64,000 nt of DNA from Spirochaetia bacterium (GCA_965203905.1 CBDBDQ010000005.1:3968001-4032000), one strand, 5' to 3'; counted from the stretch's first letter, positions 50,334-60,536 are shown. Made by a program: numbers and translations. Notes: generated from the letters alone by a model not told the origin.

Positions 50334-51194
50334 ATGAGAAGACTTCGAGCGCACTTTGATACGAACCTCATTCCTGACCCTCGGACGGTCTCGCAATCCG
50401 ACCCTCAGTCTGCGGGCTCATTCGCCGAACTTGTGAAGGAGGTCGCTTGGTTGTCCAACACTTTTCCGCACCAGCTCTTATTCTTCCGTGGTCAGACGAA
50501 CGACCACAAGAATAGAGCAGGTACAACTACAATTTATCCCAGCATTTATCGTGACGAACCTCTTCACAAGGAAGAAATTATGGCAAAGTACGAGGTGTTG
50601 GAAACGGCGGCCAACGACCTCGCAAATCGATTGTCTCAAAACCGCCATGAAGCACACTCGAGATGATCTAAAGAGGCGAAAGTACGTTCAGTGGAGCATC
50701 TTGCAACATTATATACGACGACTGAGTATGACGTCAAATCGGATCTGGACTTTGATCAACGTCTTGTCAGGAAGTTCTCGATACCGAACCGAGACAGCTT
50801 CTGGAAACCGAATGGTGGTCCTATTTCCGACCGCTTGTTGTTCCCTGAGAGCGATTTCGTCGCCGAGCTTTGTCGGGAGATCAAGACAGTCAGCGATCGG
50901 ATGGCGCTACCCGGAGAAATCGGCTCTTTCGTCCAAGGTTGGTCGCTTCTTGAAAAATCCCTTCCTTATCGTATAGATGTACCTAAGGATCGGATCCTGT
51001 CGACGGCTCAGACGATCACGAGGGGAAAAGAGTTTGGAAATATCACAATGGAAACGGCGGCAAAACTACATAATCTGCGTAGGATCAGGAATCTGGTTGT
51101 ACACGGAGCGCATGGGATCGACCCCGAACAGATTCGGACCGCACTCAACTTGCTCAGCGAGGTCATGTCGGATTTGGATATCGAGGTCGAATAG
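50334..51194 (+). pseudogene. FRG-domain protein remnant with HEPN-like C-terminus
   Basis: LFFRGQ..PSIYR, then LQHY in a second frame, then RIRNLVVHG (RxxxxH) in a third; low GC. Confidence 0.7.
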
Positions 51195-51809
51195 AAGTTG
51201 TTGCGATTAGGTGGGGAATTATGGACTGATTATTCAGGATAACTGCGTCGATTGAGATGATGGCCAGAGCCTGGGGTGGTGTTCGGAGAGTTAGATCTTC
51301 GGACTCTAGGAGGAGGTTATGGGTGTAGACATTGGGCTCTGGTAGTCGCACAGGGGATGCTTGGTGTCGCTGAGCTTCATTGGTGCGACGAAGGTCAGGG
51401 ATTGGAAAGGTGGAGTTAAGCGGAGTATAGGATTATGGAGAAGTGTCAGTGGGCGACGCGTCGGCGTTGCAGACGTAGTCTAGATTGACGACACAGGCTG
51501 TGCGGTACAACAGCCGGTTGAGGATCAGGATTTGTTGGGGCGGTGGCGCAGGCACGCACCGACGCTGCGGATGATACTCTGAGGATTGACGGAGGCTGGC
51601 AGGGATGAGTGGACGCACCCATGGCCGATCGGAAGTGGCTCGATTTGTGGGGTCCGGCTGGCGGGAGCGTGATTACAGGGGTCTACGCGAGTGCTATAAT
51701 AACCTGGAGCGGAGACCGACGGATTCGCTGGTCGTTACCGGTACGCGTGTATGCGGGTACGGGGGGCGGATGATCGATTCGGCTCCAATGCTCAGCGGGG
51801 ACGCCGCGG

Positions 51810-52170
51810 TCACTTGTTGATGGTGCTGTCCAGGTGTCGGACATGATCTGTTCTTACGGCGTGATCTACAGGATGATCGGGAGCAGGACGTAGTTCATCA
51901 CGGCGGGAACGTAGGAGGGGTCGCAAGTGAGCTTTGGGATGAATTACCGTATCGTCACCTTCAGGGTGGTGGCTGTGCTCGGAGGAGGCTGCCAGGAACA
52001 CATACAGTAGTCCGTTCCAGGATCTGAGGAAGGTGAGCACCGCCGAACTGACCACCACCCGAGTGTCAGAATGACAGCGCGACGACCGACGTACGCCGCA
52101 AGCGAGTAGATCAGGAGCGAAATGACGGTGGGGAACGAGGTTGCCGACTTGGAGCGGAGTCGCACGAAGC
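51810..52170 (-). pseudogene. Heavily decayed carbohydrate ABC permease (MalG-like) remnant
   Basis: Fragments TVISLLIYSLAAY, AVLTFLRSWNGLL and VLLPIIL*ITP*EQIM in normal order, across frames with stops. Confidence 0.55.
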
Positions 52171-52255
52171 CGAACCCCGTCGCGTAGCCCTTAGGCTCTT
52201 AACCAGCGCCTGTGCGGGCAGCTTAGGCGCCATCAGACATGTGCGCGATGCACGT

Positions 52256-52783
52256 CTAATACTGAAACGCCCCAAGCTGGCGATGCCGTTCGGCCAAAGC
52301 CCCACCGAGTAACCAGCAGACCGGGCGTTCTTCACAGATCGTCGGATTGACCCACACGACGCGCGTCAGTTCTTGGACGTCAGCAGAAGCGCAACGCAAT
52401 GCTGAGCGCGCTCCCTCATCTTGGGAAATGACAACAAAATCAGTGGCGATTGCAGCTTCCACAAGATGTACGTCTTTGGCAACTGAATCTCTCTCACTAG
52501 GAATCGCGGTGGCAAGGACTCTCTCCCTGAAGTGCCTGTCATATGCTGTTTCGCTTCGCCAAAATAACTTTCTAGCATGCATGCTCGTGCGCCACCTCCT
52601 AGAGTACTTGGTCTGATGACGACCCCATTCCGAAAGGATCTCATCTGTTAACACCACACAGTGATTGGCGTCAAGTATAGCCAACAACAGCCTCCGACAT
52701 GCGCTTGAAATACGATGCCGCTTCTCGGTGGCAGAACCCAGTACATCAGCATCAACTACCAATCTTCGACATAGTCGCGCCAT
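52256..52783 (-). CDS. Hypothetical PIN-like domain protein
   Basis: VVDADV, EILSEW, KDVHLVEAA, ISQDE acidic tetrad; TGATG coupling to the ATPase. Confidence 0.7.
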   Translation of the reverse strand: MARLCRRLVVDADVLGSATEKRHRISSACRRLLLAILDANHCVVLTDEILSEWGRHQTKYSRRWRTSMHARKLFWRSETAYDRHFRERVLATAIPSERDSVAKDVHLVEAAIATDFVVISQDEGARSALRCASADVQELTRVVWVNPTICEERPVCWLLGGALAERHRQLGAFQY

Positions 52784-54141
52784 CAGTCCTCTCTATGTCC
52801 CTCCACGGCATCGAGGTAAGCGCCTTCAGCCATCAACTCGACTTCGGCAAAATCCTCCGGCCAAGTTCCGAATGCTCCATCTTGATCTAAGTCTGCGCTG
52901 TCGATCAGGGTCATTCCACTCTCGGGGCTACGCGAGAACCAGTGTAGCTTGACAATTTGTGGATCGAGTTCACCTGCGGCGATCAACGTTTGAACTTGCA
53001 GAAGTAACAGTGCGCTATGCGTCTCCATGATGAGCTTTACACCCCGTCTTGCTGTCTCAGAAATCATCTGTGCCAGTCTATGTTGAGCGCGCGGATGCAA
53101 ATGTAGTTCCGGCTGTTCGACATAGACTATCTGTCCTCTTTGGGCGACAAGCATCGCAATCAAGATTGGCAGTACCTGAGACACTCCAATGCCTACTTGG
53201 GAGATACTTACAAGATCTGAGTCTCTTCGGTCCGATAGGGCGGCACGGCCGACGAGTATCTCGATCTGTGTATCATTAAGTTGTTTGGCGTAGACGGCTT
53301 TGGTCAGTCCGAGATCGGAGAGCATTCTTGCGAGTTGGGTCAATCTTGTGTCGTTGGTATCATGCCAGTGGGCGATAGTTGTAGCGACATATTTTTCGAA
53401 GGTGCCTAAAAAAGGGGGGCCGGGCGACGTCCTGCTGTGGGCGGGATCATTGGTGCTACGTAGACCAGGGATGTGAATCATGCGGTGCAGTTCGCTAGAA
53501 ACGAGACGCGAAGGAGATAAAAAGAGAAGGCTGCCAATGTTCTCTCGTGAGTCTTCGAGCGGTTCCAGGATGATCGAAAGAAAGCAGCGATCTCGTGAGA
53601 CTGCCAACTCATAACCAGGAGGAATGTATGGTTTGTATTTGAAGTTAGGAAGAAAGTTCGATAGGTACTCTTCCAACTTATTACCTCGTTGGTCTGGTCT
53701 TAGATGGAGACATCCGTGGCCATCTTGGGCTGTAGTACGATCGATTATCATTTCTTTAATCCGAAGTAATTTATTCTTTGAGCGAGCGAACGTGACCTTG
53801 TTTCGTACGTTCATTGGATGCTCTATTTCAACGCTAAAGGATTGATCTTCGGGAACATTCCGCAGACGGGAAAAGACCTGATCGACCGATCGGAACTTCA
53901 CGTGGGGGCCATCAAAGGAGAGGGCGCCAGAGTCGTATCCTGCCTCAAGGGTCTGTTTCAATAGGAAAAGAGGCTGCATTATACTTGACTTGCCAGAGCT
54001 GTTGGCTCCCGCTAGTATTGTCAGGGGACGGATTTCAATCCGGCATTCGTCCGCGAGAGACTTGTAACCTCGTACTGAGATCGCAGTGATCCCGTTGTTT
54101 TGGTCGCGATCGACATCACCGGTGGACGTTTGTTGTGACAT
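52783..54141 (-). CDS. AAA_21-type ABC ATPase with DUF3696-like C-terminus
   Basis: GYKS, GANSSGKSS, GIGVSQVLP, EQPELHLHP, ETHS, G.FGTWPEDF; low GC. Confidence 0.88.
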   Translation of the reverse strand: MSQQTSTGDVDRDQNNGITAISVRGYKSLADECRIEIRPLTILAGANSSGKSSIMQPLFLLKQTLEAGYDSGALSFDGPHVKFRSVDQVFSRLRNVPEDQSFSVEIEHPMNVRNKVTFARSKNKLLRIKEMIIDRTTAQDGHGCLHLRPDQRGNKLEEYLSNFLPNFKYKPYIPPGYELAVSRDRCFLSIILEPLEDSRENIGSLLFLSPSRLVSSELHRMIHIPGLRSTNDPAHSRTSPGPPFLGTFEKYVATTIAHWHDTNDTRLTQLARMLSDLGLTKAVYAKQLNDTQIEILVGRAALSDRRDSDLVSISQVGIGVSQVLPILIAMLVAQRGQIVYVEQPELHLHPRAQHRLAQMISETARRGVKLIMETHSALLLLQVQTLIAAGELDPQIVKLHWFSRSPESGMTLIDSADLDQDGAFGTWPEDFAEVELMAEGAYLDAVEGHRED

Positions 54142-54384
54142 AGTAGGCTTCCTTTGCAATCCAATACGTTTCTATGTGGACTCAAGGGACATCTCTATCG
54201 AGGCCCGTGAACAAAGCGATGCTTCGCGTAAGGAAGTCGGGTAAAGATGGCCTTCGACCTCCAAGTGCATAGCTTCTGGCACTTTCAGCATATCGTGTGA
54301 CGTGAACTTGGTCAAAGCGGCGTTCGGGATTAGACGATCGCGAACCGGTCTCCATGCTGACGATGTTGTATCCGATCCTGCTTA

Positions 54385-54500
54385 GGCTACCTGCGATGGG
54401 GTGGAGTGGGCGGCCGTTTACATAGGCGCGCACCCGCAAGGGCATAGATAGGAGATTACCAACGAGAGGTCGTTGCCTGCTGGTCCGGGGGCGTTGCACG
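54385..54500 (-). repeat. Degenerate copy of the 3' end of PhyH gene 54706-55611
   Basis: gggcggccgtttacataggcgc...aggagattaccaacgagaggtc versus gggcggcctcctccatcaggcgc...aggacgagtagtcaccgagggtc. Confidence 0.45.
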
Positions 54501-54705
54501 TTGCACAGAGCACTATCACGAAGAAATCAACAGGTGGGAGGGAGACGTGCATACCCAATACGACGCTGTGACGCCGGAATGGTCGAAATCAAATACGGGT
54601 TTGCGCACCGCGGTGACCAGGCCGCTACTGGAGCGAGCCATAGGATGCTGCGATCAAGCCCGGCGTCGATGTGCGCCGCGAGGATGGCGGGCTTCGGCGG
54701 TGGGG

Positions 54706-55611
54706 TCAGCCGGCGCGGCGGCGGGCGGCCTCCTCCATCAGGCGCTGGCGGGTGCCGTCCCAGGACGAGTAGTCACCGAGGGTCTCCGAGTGGCGGCTGC
54801 GCACCACCAGGGGCGGCCGGCAACTGTGGTCGAGGGCGGCCTGCAGGGCTTGGTCGCCGATGCGCTCCTGCTCGCTCTGCTCGCGGTAGCCCGGCGTCTC
54901 GCGGAAGCGCACGTCGACGCTCCAGCGCACGTCGTCGCTGCGGTTCACCCTGCTGCCGTGGAAGGTGAGGTTGTGGAACGCCAGGAGGTCACCGCAGCGC
55001 ATCGGCTCGGGCACCGGCGTGCCGCGCTGCTCCACGTCTTCGAAGCTCACCATGTTGTGGTCGGCGCGGCGCGCGCCCGGCAGCAGGCCCCACTTGTGGC
55101 TGCCGGGGATGAGGCACAGGCAGCCGTTGCGTTCGTCCACGTCGACCAGCGGAATCCACACCGAGATCACCAGGATGTGACCGGTTTCCGGGCCGTAGTA
55201 CTGGCTGTCCTGGTGCAGGGGAAAGGCGGTGTGCGGGCTGCCGGGGAGCTTGGGACGCAGGTGATAGTCGCCGTTGAAGGAGATCTCCGCGCCCAGCAGC
55301 GGCTGCAGGGCATCGAGGATCGCCTCGTGCCGCACCAGCGCGTACAGTTCGGGCGAGAACAGGAACGTGTTCCACGAGCGCAGGCGCGACTCCGAGTCGC
55401 GGTAGAGCAGCGCCAGCCGCCGCTCGAAGGAGGCGTCGGCGTGGATCGACTCGATGTCGCCCTTCGCCTGCAGCTCGCGCGCGTGGGCGTCGACGTTGCG
55501 GCCGATGAGATCGCGGATTGGCTGCAGCACGGAGTCGGGCAGCGCGTCGCGTACCACGAAGTAGCCGTCGCGGTCGAATTGCTCGGTCGGGGTAGGGGAG
55601 GTTTCCTGCAT
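54706..55611 (-). CDS. Phytanoyl-CoA dioxygenase (PhyH) family protein
   Basis: FDRDGYFVV, LHQD, NGCLCLIPGSH, FHGS..N...RWSVD.RF. Confidence 0.9.
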   Translation of the reverse strand: MQETSPTPTEQFDRDGYFVVRDALPDSVLQPIRDLIGRNVDAHARELQAKGDIESIHADASFERRLALLYRDSESRLRSWNTFLFSPELYALVRHEAILDALQPLLGAEISFNGDYHLRPKLPGSPHTAFPLHQDSQYYGPETGHILVISVWIPLVDVDERNGCLCLIPGSHKWGLLPGARRADHNMVSFEDVEQRGTPVPEPMRCGDLLAFHNLTFHGSRVNRSDDVRWSVDVRFRETPGYREQSEQERIGDQALQAALDHSCRPPLVVRSRHSETLGDYSSWDGTRQRLMEEAARRRAG

Positions 55612-55633
55612 TGTCTCGTTCCTTTCGCTGCGC

Positions 55634-56848
55634 CTACTTCGCGGTGGGAACCCGCCCACCGCTGCGCTGCCGCGTGCGCTGGTATTGGGCCTGGGAATGG
55701 GCCCGTGCCGTCGCGATGTAGGCGCCGTTGTCGCGCGGGTGGTACCACCAGATGTCGCCCTCGGGGTAGAGGTACCAGTCGGAGCGGCTCACCAGGTAGC
55801 CGCGGATCTGCGCCCGCGGCGCGTCGTCGGTCACGTAGTTGACCACGTACAGGTCGCCGCTCGCCAGTTGCACCCAGCCGCTGTAGCCGGTGTCAGGGCA
55901 CACGGCGCGGTCGTTGTCCAGGAACGCGGTGCGCGCCTGGTGGAAGTCCTCGGCCCACTGGTCACGGTCCACCGGTCCGGTGCGCGCCGCCTCGGCCGGG
56001 GTCTCGACGTGCAGCGCCAGGCTGTGGGAGACGCCGGCCCCGTAGCGGTAGGTGATGGCGACCTCGCCGGAGCGCAGCCGCCCCGCCGACGGCCGTCCCA
56101 GACAGGCCTTCATCTGCGCCCGTATCGGCACCGACCAGTTGCGTCCCCCGTCGCTGGACAGGCTCTTCCAGCCCGACAGCGTCTCGGCATCCTCGCGCAT
56201 GTAGCACACCACGGTGCCGTCGTCCAACTCGACGAAGTCGCCCTCGTTCAGGCGCCAGGGCAGCCCGTTGGCGCTCGGAGTGGCGGGATCGGGCACCGCC
56301 GCCGGACCCTCCCAGGTGGCGCCGAGGTCGCGGGAGCGGTACACCAGTTGTTGCTCGCGCATGTCGGCGCGCTTGCCGGTGGGGAAGTGGATGCGCGTCA
56401 CCCCGAGCAGCAGGTCGCCGTCGGAGAGCTGCTTGAGCGACGGCACGATGCCCCAGGTGATGCCGGTCTCCTGCGGACCCTCCCAGGTGGCGCCGCCGTC
56501 ACTGCTGCGGAACAGCAGGATCATGCCCGGGTCCGGCTCCACTTCCGGCTTGTAGAGCAGGTCCACCGCCAGGTACAGGGTGCCGTCGGCGGCACACAGC
56601 AGGCGGGAACAGTTGAGCATGCCCTCGCCGGCGAGCTGCTGCTCCTCGGTGCGCTCCACCACCGTACGCTTCGGCTCCCAGGTACGCCCCTCGTCGTGGC
56701 TGCGGCGCACCACCACCCGCGAGAACGGCTGCGGGCCGTGGCGCAGGCTCTCGCGGTAGGTCACCACCAGGATACCGTCCGGGGTCTGGGCGATGTCGGC
56801 GAACGCCTCGTAGAGGTCGTCGTCGCGGGAGATGGTAATGCGTTCCAT
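55634..56848 (-). CDS. BNR/Asp-box sialidase-fold protein
   Basis: SHDEGRTW, SSDGGATW, SRDLGATW, SSDGGRNW, DTGYSGW. Confidence 0.88.
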   Translation of the reverse strand: MERITISRDDDLYEAFADIAQTPDGILVVTYRESLRHGPQPFSRVVVRRSHDEGRTWEPKRTVVERTEEQQLAGEGMLNCSRLLCAADGTLYLAVDLLYKPEVEPDPGMILLFRSSDGGATWEGPQETGITWGIVPSLKQLSDGDLLLGVTRIHFPTGKRADMREQQLVYRSRDLGATWEGPAAVPDPATPSANGLPWRLNEGDFVELDDGTVVCYMREDAETLSGWKSLSSDGGRNWSVPIRAQMKACLGRPSAGRLRSGEVAITYRYGAGVSHSLALHVETPAEAARTGPVDRDQWAEDFHQARTAFLDNDRAVCPDTGYSGWVQLASGDLYVVNYVTDDAPRAQIRGYLVSRSDWYLYPEGDIWWYHPRDNGAYIATARAHSQAQYQRTRQRSGGRVPTAK

Positions 56849-56905
56849 TGCAATTCAAGGTTACACTCAGAAAGCGAACCTGGCACCCCCGCGAAGGAGG
56901 CCCGG

Positions 56906-58012
56906 ATGCAAGCCACTATCGGCCGCACCATCATCATCTACAAGGCGCAACACGCCTACTCGTCGCACGCGTGCATTACACGCCTGCCGGACGGCGATTG
57001 GCTGGTCGCCTTCACCCAGAGCCTGCAGCGTATTCCCTACCAGCATCCGCCCGGCGATCCCCAGTTTCTCGACTTCGTTACCCGTTCCCAGGACCTGGGC
57101 GAGTCCTGGGATGCGCCGCGGGTGGCGCCCGGCTACGACTGGCACGGGGTGGAGGTGCCCGGCATCAGCGCCCTCTCCAGTGGCGAGGTGCTGCTCAACC
57201 AGTGGCGCTTCCTGTGGTACCCCCTGGAACAGGCGCAGGCCCTGGCGGCGAGCGGTGAACGGGAAATCTTCGTGCGCACGGAGCAGGGCTGGCGGCAGCC
57301 GCGCAGCGCCGCCGACTGGGAGCGCCACCCCCATCCCTACGCCCGCGCCGACGGCGGCGCCTGGGTGCACGTCAGCAGCGACGGCGGCCGCACCTGGGAG
57401 CACACCACCGAGGTGGCCATCGCCCCCTACCGGGGCGCGTTCAGCCCCAAGGGCGCGCTGGAGCTGGCCAACGGCGACCTGCTGCTGGCGCTCGGCAGCC
57501 ACGACCACTGCCCGCTGAAGGCGTGTTTCTACGTGCGTTCGCGCGACCGCGGGCGCAGTTGGGACCCGCCGGTGGAGGTGGCCCGTGAGCAGGGGCTGAT
57601 CCTGTGCGAGCCGTCGGCGGCGCAGACCGCTTCCGGCACCATCCTGGTGGCGTCGCGCGAGGAGGCCGGCGGCCACATCCACCTGAGCACGTCGCGCGAT
57701 GGCGGCGCCACCTGGGAGCCGCCGCGCCAGTTGCCGGTGTGGGGCTTTCCCTGCCACTGCGTGGCGCTCGGCGACGGCCGCGCCGTGATCGTCTACGGGC
57801 GGCGGCGCGCCCCGTTCGGGATCCGCGCCATCGTCAGCGCCGACGACGGGGCCACGTGGAGCGACGAGATCGTGATCCGCGGCGACCTGCCCAACCGCAA
57901 CCTCGGCTACCCCGCGGCGATCGAGTATGAACCGGGCAAGCTGTTCACCGCCTATTACGGCGAGGATCGCGACGGCGTCACCTGTATCCAGGGCACCTGG
58001 TTCGTGGTGTGA
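56906..58012 (+). CDS. BNR/Asp-box sialidase-fold protein
   Basis: Five SxDxGxxW boxes, NLGYP; AAGGAGG RBS. Confidence 0.88.
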   Translation: MQATIGRTIIIYKAQHAYSSHACITRLPDGDWLVAFTQSLQRIPYQHPPGDPQFLDFVTRSQDLGESWDAPRVAPGYDWHGVEVPGISALSSGEVLLNQWRFLWYPLEQAQALAASGEREIFVRTEQGWRQPRSAADWERHPHPYARADGGAWVHVSSDGGRTWEHTTEVAIAPYRGAFSPKGALELANGDLLLALGSHDHCPLKACFYVRSRDRGRSWDPPVEVAREQGLILCEPSAAQTASGTILVASREEAGGHIHLSTSRDGGATWEPPRQLPVWGFPCHCVALGDGRAVIVYGRRRAPFGIRAIVSADDGATWSDEIVIRGDLPNRNLGYPAAIEYEPGKLFTAYYGEDRDGVTCIQGTWFVV

Positions 58013-58052
58013 GCCGGCCGGTTGACTTACCGCGGGTTGGGGCGGGGAGCGC

Positions 58053-59228
58053 ATGATCGCCGGCGTCGTGGCGCGCTCCGACGCGGTGTACAAGGCGGTG
58101 CCCGACCTCACCCAGGCCGCCGACGGCACGCTGGTGTGCGTCTACCGCGAGAGCCTGTTCCACCTGTACCACCCGTTCTCGCGCCTCGTGCTCCACCGCA
58201 GCCGCGACGGCGGCCGCAACTGGGACACCGGCACCACGCTCCACGAGCTGGCCGACTACGAGCGCGACGGCGGCCTCAACAACCCGCGCGTGCGCGCCCT
58301 GGCCGGCGGCCACCTGCTGTTGATCTGCGACTGGCACCCGCCGTTGGTGTCGGAGTACTCGCCGGACAGCGAGATCTGGCTGTGGCGCTCGCGCGATGCC
58401 GGGGTCACGTGGGATGGCCCGGTGCGCACGCCCATTCGCCGCCACATCTGTCCCTCGCTGTACCAGCTCGCCGACGGCACCCTGCTGATGGGCGGCGATG
58501 CCTGGGACGGCAGCACCTGGTCGCACAACCTCTACCGCTCGCAGGACGGCGGCGTGACCTGGCAGGGGCCGACTACCGTGGCGGCGTCGCGGCGGCTGAA
58601 CGTTACCGAGGGCACCTACGTGGAGCTGGCCGACGGCACGTTGGTGTGTTACCTGCGCGAGGACGCCGAGCAGCTCCGGGCCTACAAGGCTCTGTCCAGC
58701 GACGGCGGCGCCACCTGGGAGGGTCCCTGTCCCACCGACCTGCTGAACTGCTCGGGCCGTCCCCACGCGGGGACGCTGCGCAGCGGCGAGGTGGTGATCA
58801 CCCACGGCTTCGGCAGGTCGCCGCGCCAGCTCGTGCTGCACGTGGAGAGCCCGCGCCACGCCGCCGCCCGCGACGCGGTGCGGCACGCGCGCCACGGCCA
58901 TCACGTCATGGCCGCCCCCTATCGCCGCCTGTTCATCGACATGGACCGCTCGATCCATCCCGACGGGGCCTACTCCTCGTGGGTGCAGCTCGCCGACGGC
59001 GACCTGTTCATCGTGCAGTACATCGTGGATGATGCCCCGATGGCGCACATCCGCAGTTACCGGGTGAGCCGCGACGACTGGATCCTGTATCCCGAGGGCG
59101 AGTTGCCGCGGATCGAAAAGGTGGACCCGCCGGCCAGCGAGATGCACCGCTACGACCGCAGCAGGAACGTCATCTACCACGACGCGGCGCTCGCGCTCAG
59201 CGAACGCCGATTCAAGGAGCAGCCATGA
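58053..59228 (+). CDS. BNR/Asp-box sialidase-fold protein
   Basis: SRDGGRNW, SRDAGVTW, SQDGGVTW, SSDGGATW, DGAYSSW. Confidence 0.88.
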   Translation: MIAGVVARSDAVYKAVPDLTQAADGTLVCVYRESLFHLYHPFSRLVLHRSRDGGRNWDTGTTLHELADYERDGGLNNPRVRALAGGHLLLICDWHPPLVSEYSPDSEIWLWRSRDAGVTWDGPVRTPIRRHICPSLYQLADGTLLMGGDAWDGSTWSHNLYRSQDGGVTWQGPTTVAASRRLNVTEGTYVELADGTLVCYLREDAEQLRAYKALSSDGGATWEGPCPTDLLNCSGRPHAGTLRSGEVVITHGFGRSPRQLVLHVESPRHAAARDAVRHARHGHHVMAAPYRRLFIDMDRSIHPDGAYSSWVQLADGDLFIVQYIVDDAPMAHIRSYRVSRDDWILYPEGELPRIEKVDPPASEMHRYDRSRNVIYHDAALALSERRFKEQP

Positions 59229-60529
59229 GCACCGAGCTCGAGCATCTCGCGACCGTGGATCCGAGGACGCTGGATCGCGAGGAGATCTTCAGCCACCTGC
59301 CCCCCAACCGGGTGGGAGAGGCGGACCGCCGCTACATGGACGAGGTGCTCGCCGACGGCTTCGGCAACAAGGAGTCGGCCGACATGCCGGCCCGCTTCGA
59401 GCGCGCCTTCGCCGAACGCTTCGGCGTGCCCTACGCCATCTCCTGCAACTCCGGTTCCGGCACCATGCTGGCCTGCCTGCTGGCGGCCGGGGTGGGGCCG
59501 GGCGACGAGGTGATCGTGCCCACGGTAACCATGGCGGCGACCGCCTTCGTGGTGCTGCAGTGCGGGGCGGTGCCGGTATTCGCCGACTGCGATCCGGATA
59601 CCTTCACCATCGATCCCGCGGATGTGCGGCGCAAGGTCACCGAGTTCACCCGCGCCGTGATCCCGGTTACCGTGTTCGGCCTGCCGGCCGACTTCGACGC
59701 CATCGGCGCCATCGCCCGCGACCACGGCCTGGTGGTGATCGAGGACGACGCGCAGTGTTACCTGGCCTGGTACCGCGGGCGGCTGGTGGGCACCATCGGC
59801 GATGCCGCCAGCTTCAGCCTGCAGGGCTCCAAGCACATCACCAGCGGCGGCGACGGCGGCATGGTGATCACCGCCGACGAGGAGCTGGCCACCGGCGCCC
59901 GCAAGGCCGCGATCCAGGGCTACAGCGCGCTCGGCGCCAGCGCCGGCTCCACCATGATGCCGCGCGACATCCGCCAGGACTGGTCCTTCGAGCGCCACAC
60001 CCACATGGGCTACAACTTCCGCATGTCGGCGATGCAGTCGGCGCTCGGCCTGGCCCAGCTCGAACGGCTGGAATACCTGGTGGCGGCGCGGCGCATCATC
60101 GCCCACCAGTATCGGCAGGTGATCCGCGACGAAGGCTGCGAGTGGCTGATCCCGCCGCTGGTGCCCGAGGGCTCCACCCACAGCTACTGGTGCTTCACCT
60201 GCAAGCTGGAGGAGAAGCTGCTGGGCGTGGACTGGCGCAGCTTCCGCCGCACCTTCATCGAGCACGGCGGCGACGGCCTGTACGGGCTGTGGGTGCCGGT
60301 GCACCTGGAGCCGGTGTTCCGCAACCTGTCGTTCTACGGCGCCCCCGAGCGCGCGCCGCACCACGACCCGCGCTACCGCGGCGCGGTCAAGACGTACCGC
60401 GCCGGCGACTGCCCTACCGCCGAGCGGCTGCGCAGCACGCTGTGCCTGTTCAAGACCGGCAGCCAGACGCTTGCCAAGGTGGACGGCCAGCTCGAAGCGC
60501 TGCAGCGCACGATCCGCCACTATGGGTAA
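59225..60529 (+). CDS. DegT/DnrJ/EryC1/StrS family aminotransferase
   Basis: GVGPGDEVIVP, IEDDAQ, SLQGSKHITSGGDGG, GYNFRMS. Confidence 0.92.
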   Translation: MSTELEHLATVDPRTLDREEIFSHLPPNRVGEADRRYMDEVLADGFGNKESADMPARFERAFAERFGVPYAISCNSGSGTMLACLLAAGVGPGDEVIVPTVTMAATAFVVLQCGAVPVFADCDPDTFTIDPADVRRKVTEFTRAVIPVTVFGLPADFDAIGAIARDHGLVVIEDDAQCYLAWYRGRLVGTIGDAASFSLQGSKHITSGGDGGMVITADEELATGARKAAIQGYSALGASAGSTMMPRDIRQDWSFERHTHMGYNFRMSAMQSALGLAQLERLEYLVAARRIIAHQYRQVIRDEGCEWLIPPLVPEGSTHSYWCFTCKLEEKLLGVDWRSFRRTFIEHGGDGLYGLWVPVHLEPVFRNLSFYGAPERAPHHDPRYRGAVKTYRAGDCPTAERLRSTLCLFKTGSQTLAKVDGQLEALQRTIRHYG

Positions 60530-60536
60530 GGGAGCC

